Part shown: positions 59,196-64,000 of the stretch, in pieces
Layout of the letters: the number at the start of each line of letters is the position of its first letter
Position numbering within the stretch: position 1 is the first letter of the stretch
Assembly: GCA_003427395.1 (NCBI GenBank)
Contig: BFEA01000023.1
Span: 3,250,798-3,314,797, forward strand
Origin: Chara braunii
Taxonomy: Eukaryota > Plantae > Charophyceae
Reading direction: 5' to 3'
Length of the DNA: 64,000 nucleotides
Notes under the pieces: generated by a model
What the model was told of the DNA's origin: nothing
The model's input: only the letters and a program-made list of their open reading frames with translations
The model's database searches: none
Made by a program: the position numbers and the translations under genes

Positions 59196-62100
59196 TATCG
59201 AGGTGGCGAAGCGTGGCGATCGTTTCGTCTGTCGGGCTGGTCGGAGTAACCGGGGAAGTGGTTGCATTGAGGCACAGACAGGCCGAGAGGAAGGGGAGAA
59301 CAGAGACAGAAAGCGGAGTGTCAGACAGGCAGAGCGAGGCAGCCTAGCTACGGGCTAAGGCAGGCAGCGGACGGACAGGCGCTAAGGCTGAGGGGTGGTG
59401 CAGCAAAAAGAAGAACGGATCTNGACGGCCTANCGCGNGAGGTGCATGCGCAGAAGGAAGGAAGGCTATGGCGGAGTTAACATCGCAGTTTTCGCCCAAT
59501 CCTTGACGAAATCGGGCGATCCAAGTGTCGAAATTGGGGTTTTAGACTAAGGCGAATGCGTTGGAGGTGTTAGTTTTAGGAGGAAGTTAGTAGAATAGGC
59601 GGTAGAAGAAAGGATGGCCGCACGAAGCTATGGCGGAGGGAGAAAACGATGGGAGTGTAAAATTTGAATCTCGCTCGATCCTCGATGGATTCGAGCGAGA
59701 TAGAATGTTAGATAGGGGTTCTTGGGTGGGGCGACCACGATGATGGACTCCGAAAGGTGAGTAAGAAAGTGTGGGATGAGTTAGAACAGAGATATGCTGC
59801 GCGAAGTTGTCAAAGCTTGGATATGGTAAAGGGAAGGAAGACGATTGTGCGCCTGTTCGTTAATAGAAACAGGCGAAGAGGGAATCGTTCCTGGAGTTTT
59901 GGAGGGAAGCGAACCCGAACATGAACTTAGTTTGAGCAAAGAGTTAGTAGGATGTAAGTTAGTGAGGAAATGGAGTGCGTGGATGAAGTCGGGAAGGAAA
60001 GCGGAGGAGAGTAAAGGTTAGTTAAATCGACCGATTCGTGACCGTTTCTGACGGTCTAAGATAGTAGACTAAGGTTATAAGGTGCTACGAAGCAGTTGGT
60101 AGAACTAGATTCCGGGGAGGGACGTTAGTTTGTGTGCTGCGAGGAAATAAGGTTGCGCCAGGGAGTAGAGTGGTAAAGTATCAATGTATCTAACCGGAAT
60201 CTTGGGATAAATACGTTCCATTCTTTTTTTTTTTTATATCGGTAAAAATAGCGGAGGACATCTGCGGGATTGGAGACTTACCTGTTGACCCTTGCGCCGC
60301 TCTGTTGTTGGCTGAAACTTGCGCGNNNNNNNNNNNNNNNNNNNNNNNNNNNNNNNNNNNNNNNNNNNNNNNNNNNNNNNNNNNNNNNNNNNNNNNNNNN
60401 NNNNNNNNNNNNNNNNNNNNNNNNNNNNNNNNNNNNNNNNNNNNNNNNNNNNNNNNNNNNNNNNNNNNNNNNNNNNNNNNNNNNNNNNNNNNNNNNNNNN
60501 NNNNNNNNNNNNNNNNNNNNNNNNNNNNNNNNNNNNNNNNNNNNNNNNNNNNNNNNNNNNNNNNNNNNNNNNNNNNNNNNNNNNNNNNNNNNNNNNNNNN
60601 NNNNNNNNNNNNNNNNNNNNNNNNNNNNNNNNNNNNNNNNNNNNNNNNNNNNNNNNNNNNNNNNNNNNNNNNNNNNNNNNNNNNNNNNNNNNNNNNNNNN
60701 NNNNNNNNNNNNNNNNNNNNNNNNNNNNNNNNNNNNNNNNNNNNNNNNNNNNNNNNNNNNNNNNNNNNNNNNNNNNNNNNNNNNNNNNNNNNNNNNNNNN
60801 NNNNNNNNNNNNNNNNNNNNNNNNNNAAGGGGCAGAGGCGTACGTGCGGAATGATGCTTTGCCCACCCGCCGGTCGATTGACGGAAAGAGTGCAGAGGTC
60901 GACCGTGAAGAGGGAGGCTTATCTGTAAGGCGCTGCTCTGTCTGGCCTAATGGAAGGGGCGGGCAGATGCGTCAAGTACCAACTGGCGGTACCAAGGAAG
61001 AGGGAGGAGCAAGGGTGCAGAAACTGCAGCTTACCTGCTAGCCGATGCCCTTGCCACAGGCTCAGGTAATGGGGAATGACAGGTGGGGCATAAGCACTTA
61101 CCTGTGGGCTTGAGCAGGGCGAAGGGGGCTACAGGTAGAAGGTTTACCTGGCCAAGACTATGAACGTCTCGTCGGGCGCGGAGAGCAAGGAGTGATTAGC
61201 GGAGTTGGAGGTTGTTGGTAGATGGCAGGCCGATTGTCCCATCAAACATGGGATGGAACCAGACGGCTATGAAGGTGCAACGGTGCTTGCGGATAGTATA
61301 CTTAGTGATTGGGTCGTGAAGAGGAGCCAACGAGGTGTGACTTGGAGGAACGGGCAACCTATTGCTGCAATTCGAAGTGTCGCCAAAGAATCAGCAGTTG
61401 GGGTTTTGGTTTTAGTTGGTCGACGACTATGTGCTTTGGCCACCATTGCGGGGCCCCCAGGCGATCAAAGATAACAAGGCCCTCTCCAGTGAGATTGAGG
61501 GTACCCCTCTTGTATATGAGAGTCTCAACCCTTCTGCTTCTACCCTTCTCACTCTAAGTCTAGTCCTGTGGTTCTAAGAGGAAGGCGGCAGGCGGGATTG
61601 CAACCCGTAGGTCCGTATCAAGACTTTGTGGGGAGTCCACCCACCGATTACGGGAGCTCTGCAGGAACTCAGGAGGAGTTCTGGAGGCAGGGAACCTTCA
61701 GGTAAATCATTTTTATCTGTATAAACCCCACTATTACCCATGTTTGCCTATCTCCCTGCAGTATGACTTTTGTATGCATGCGTTTGTCCCTATGGTTTTT
61801 GCTTTCTCTTCAGGACTAATCAGACTAATTGGAAAGAATGTGTGAGAGTGAAGCCTAAGTTTCTACTTTGTTCTGATTGAAAGTAGACTAAGGATGAATT
61901 GGGGGAGGGTGAAAGGAAGGTAGACTGCATGCGTTTGACCGGGTCAACCAAAGCCTGAGCATTGTTTCTACTGTGAATGGCTCAGGGCTATGTTTATTTG
62001 GATGTTTTATGAAGGACCAGACATTGTTTCTACTGTGAATGGCATGGTCGCTGTGTTTATTTGATTGTTTTCTTGGGAGCCAGACATTGTTTCCACTGTG

Positions 62101-62959
62101 AATGGCCTGGCTACCTTACTTAACTCTGAGGGTTGTCTGATTGAAGGGGTTTAAATTCTCGTTNNNNNNNNNNNNNNNNNNNNNNNNNNNNNNNNNNNNN
62201 NNNNNNNNNNNNNNNNNNNNNNNNNNNNNNNNNNNNNNNNNNNNNNNNNNNNNNNNNNNNNNNNNNNNNNNNNNNNNNNNNNNNNNNNNNNNNNNNNNNN
62301 NNNNNNNNNNNNNNNNNNNNNNNNNNNNNNNNNNNNNNNNNNNNNNNNNNNNNNNNNNNNNNNNNNNNNNNNNNNNNNNNNNNNNNNNNNNNNNNNNNNN
62401 NNNNNNNNNNNNNNNNNNNNNNNNNNNNNNNNNNNNNNNNNNNNNNNNNNNNNNNNNNNNNNNNNNNNNNNNNNNNNNNNNNNNNNNNNNNNNNNNNNNN
62501 NNNNNNNNNNNNNNNNNNNNNNNNNNNNNNNNNNNNNNNNNNNNNNNNNNNNNNNNNNNNNNNNNNNNNNNNNNNNNNNNNNNNNNNNNNNNNNNNNNNN
62601 NNNNNNNNNNNNNNNNNNNNNNNNNNNNNNNNNNNNNNNNNNNNNNNNNNNNNAATGGTCCAGCTCTATGTCTTATGTAAGATGGGTATAAGGATTCAAG
62701 AACTTAAAGATTTATGAACTATCTATATGGAATAAACTTGGGGTGGTGAGAGTACTTACATTGGTGGTTTGGTTTGCATATGACTGGACGGGATGGCTAG
62801 TTTGTTTAAGTTTTATTACTATAGGTAGTTGCTGTAGTTGCTCGTCACGTGCTAGAGTCATAGGAGTTAGTGTCAATTCCTGCATTTTTTTGTAATAACG
62901 TTTTTTTCTACTTAGGTCAATTCCTGCATTTTCTTAGATCTTTTCTTATACTTGGCTTT

Positions 62960-63640
62960 GTATAAATCTTGGCGAGTTACTTTTCCTCCAGGAAGCGCTG
63001 CCGAAATTTCTGCAAATCCAAGAAGTGAGTCAACTTTTGACTTGTCAGAGTTCAACTTGTTTTTTTCATATATGGATTAGTATAAATATGGAAAGTCTCA
63101 TTTTCTAGAGGGAGTGCTGCCCAAATTTTTACGAATTCAGAGAGTTAGATAAAATTGGACTTTGAGAAGTCAAAGTTATTCTCAAATTCTGGTCCTCGCT
63201 TTGTATAAATTTTGGGAGAGCACTTTTCTAGAGGGAGTGCTGTCGAAATTTCTGCAAAATTAAGGAGTTAGTTAAATTCAGTCTAAAAGTTGAGCTCGAG
63301 CTGTTGTTCGAGTTCGTATCTGACTTAGTATAAATATGGGAAGTCTCTCTTTCTAAAGGGAGTGCTGCCCAAATTTCTACTAATTCAGAGAGTTAGACAT
63401 AAGTTAACTTTCAAGAGTAAGAGATTAATTCTGCTTTCGTATCTGACTTAGTATAAATCTGGGAAGTCTCCCTTTCTAAAGGGAGTGCTGCCCAAATTTC
63501 TACTAATTCAGAGAGTTGGACAAAATTTGACTTTGCAGGAGTTAGAGATTATTTCGGCTCCCATATCTGGGCTTATATAAATTATGAAAAGACACTTTTC
63601 CTACAGGAAGCGCTGCCAAAGTTTTTTTAGTTTACAGGAG
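62960..63640. repeat. ~6 x ~122-bp tandem array
   Basis: Recurring GTATAAAT.TGGGA..TTTCTA.AGGGAGTGCTGCCCAAATTTC at ~62990, 63110, 63233, 63358, 63481, 63606. Confidence 0.85.
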
Positions 63641-64000
63641 ATAGATTATATTTTGATAGGTAAATTCAGGCGATCCACCCAGAATAGGGGGGATTTTGCA
63701 GTTGGTCTACCTTCAGCTTAGGCACTAACTTAAAAGTAGACTTAAGTTCAGCTAATAAAGAAATTTTGAGTGAGGATGTATTATGGAGTTGTATTCTCCA
63801 TACACTTATGATCCTAGCTTGGGGATTGGTCTGCCGTGTGTTACAGGTCCTTTTGATCATTTAATCCAAGTTCAGGGCTAGATCCAGCTTGATCCCTTGA
63901 GGATCACTTACTGTTATCACAAGCAACAGGTCGGTTGCCGATTCGTCGGTCTACGACTCAATTTCAACTCTCCCTCTACACTCAACCTAAAAGGCTTTAG

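Overview
Repeat-rich eukaryotic DNA. The TE content and intron style suggest a streptophyte alga such as Chara (inference only). There is one intact host gene, a 5-exon FolD (methylenetetrahydrofolate dehydrogenase/cyclohydrolase, 299 aa, + strand, 29727-37822). The rest is nested mobile DNA. (1) Three divergent Penelope-like retroelements (PLEs) have an N-terminal GIY-YIG endonuclease (Chlamys/Naiad-type domain order). Each has an upstream gag-like ORF1 (zinc knuckle, coiled coil, SAP-like motif; the third copy retains only the SAP-like end). In all three, ORF1 is separated from the endonuclease frame by a single TGA, which is the strongest novelty candidate (UGA readthrough or recoding). (2) Two of these PLEs sit in copies of the same hAT-like MITE. 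(3) A giant-LTR retrotransposon family is present as a 4.7 kb solo LTR with a 4-bp TSD, plus a second copy whose post-PBS region carries 25S/28S rRNA fragments. (4) An L1-type LINE and an LTR are both split by a ~7.1 kb microhomology-bounded inversion. (5) There are also tRNA-headed SINEs, several MITE families, tandem arrays and four N gaps.
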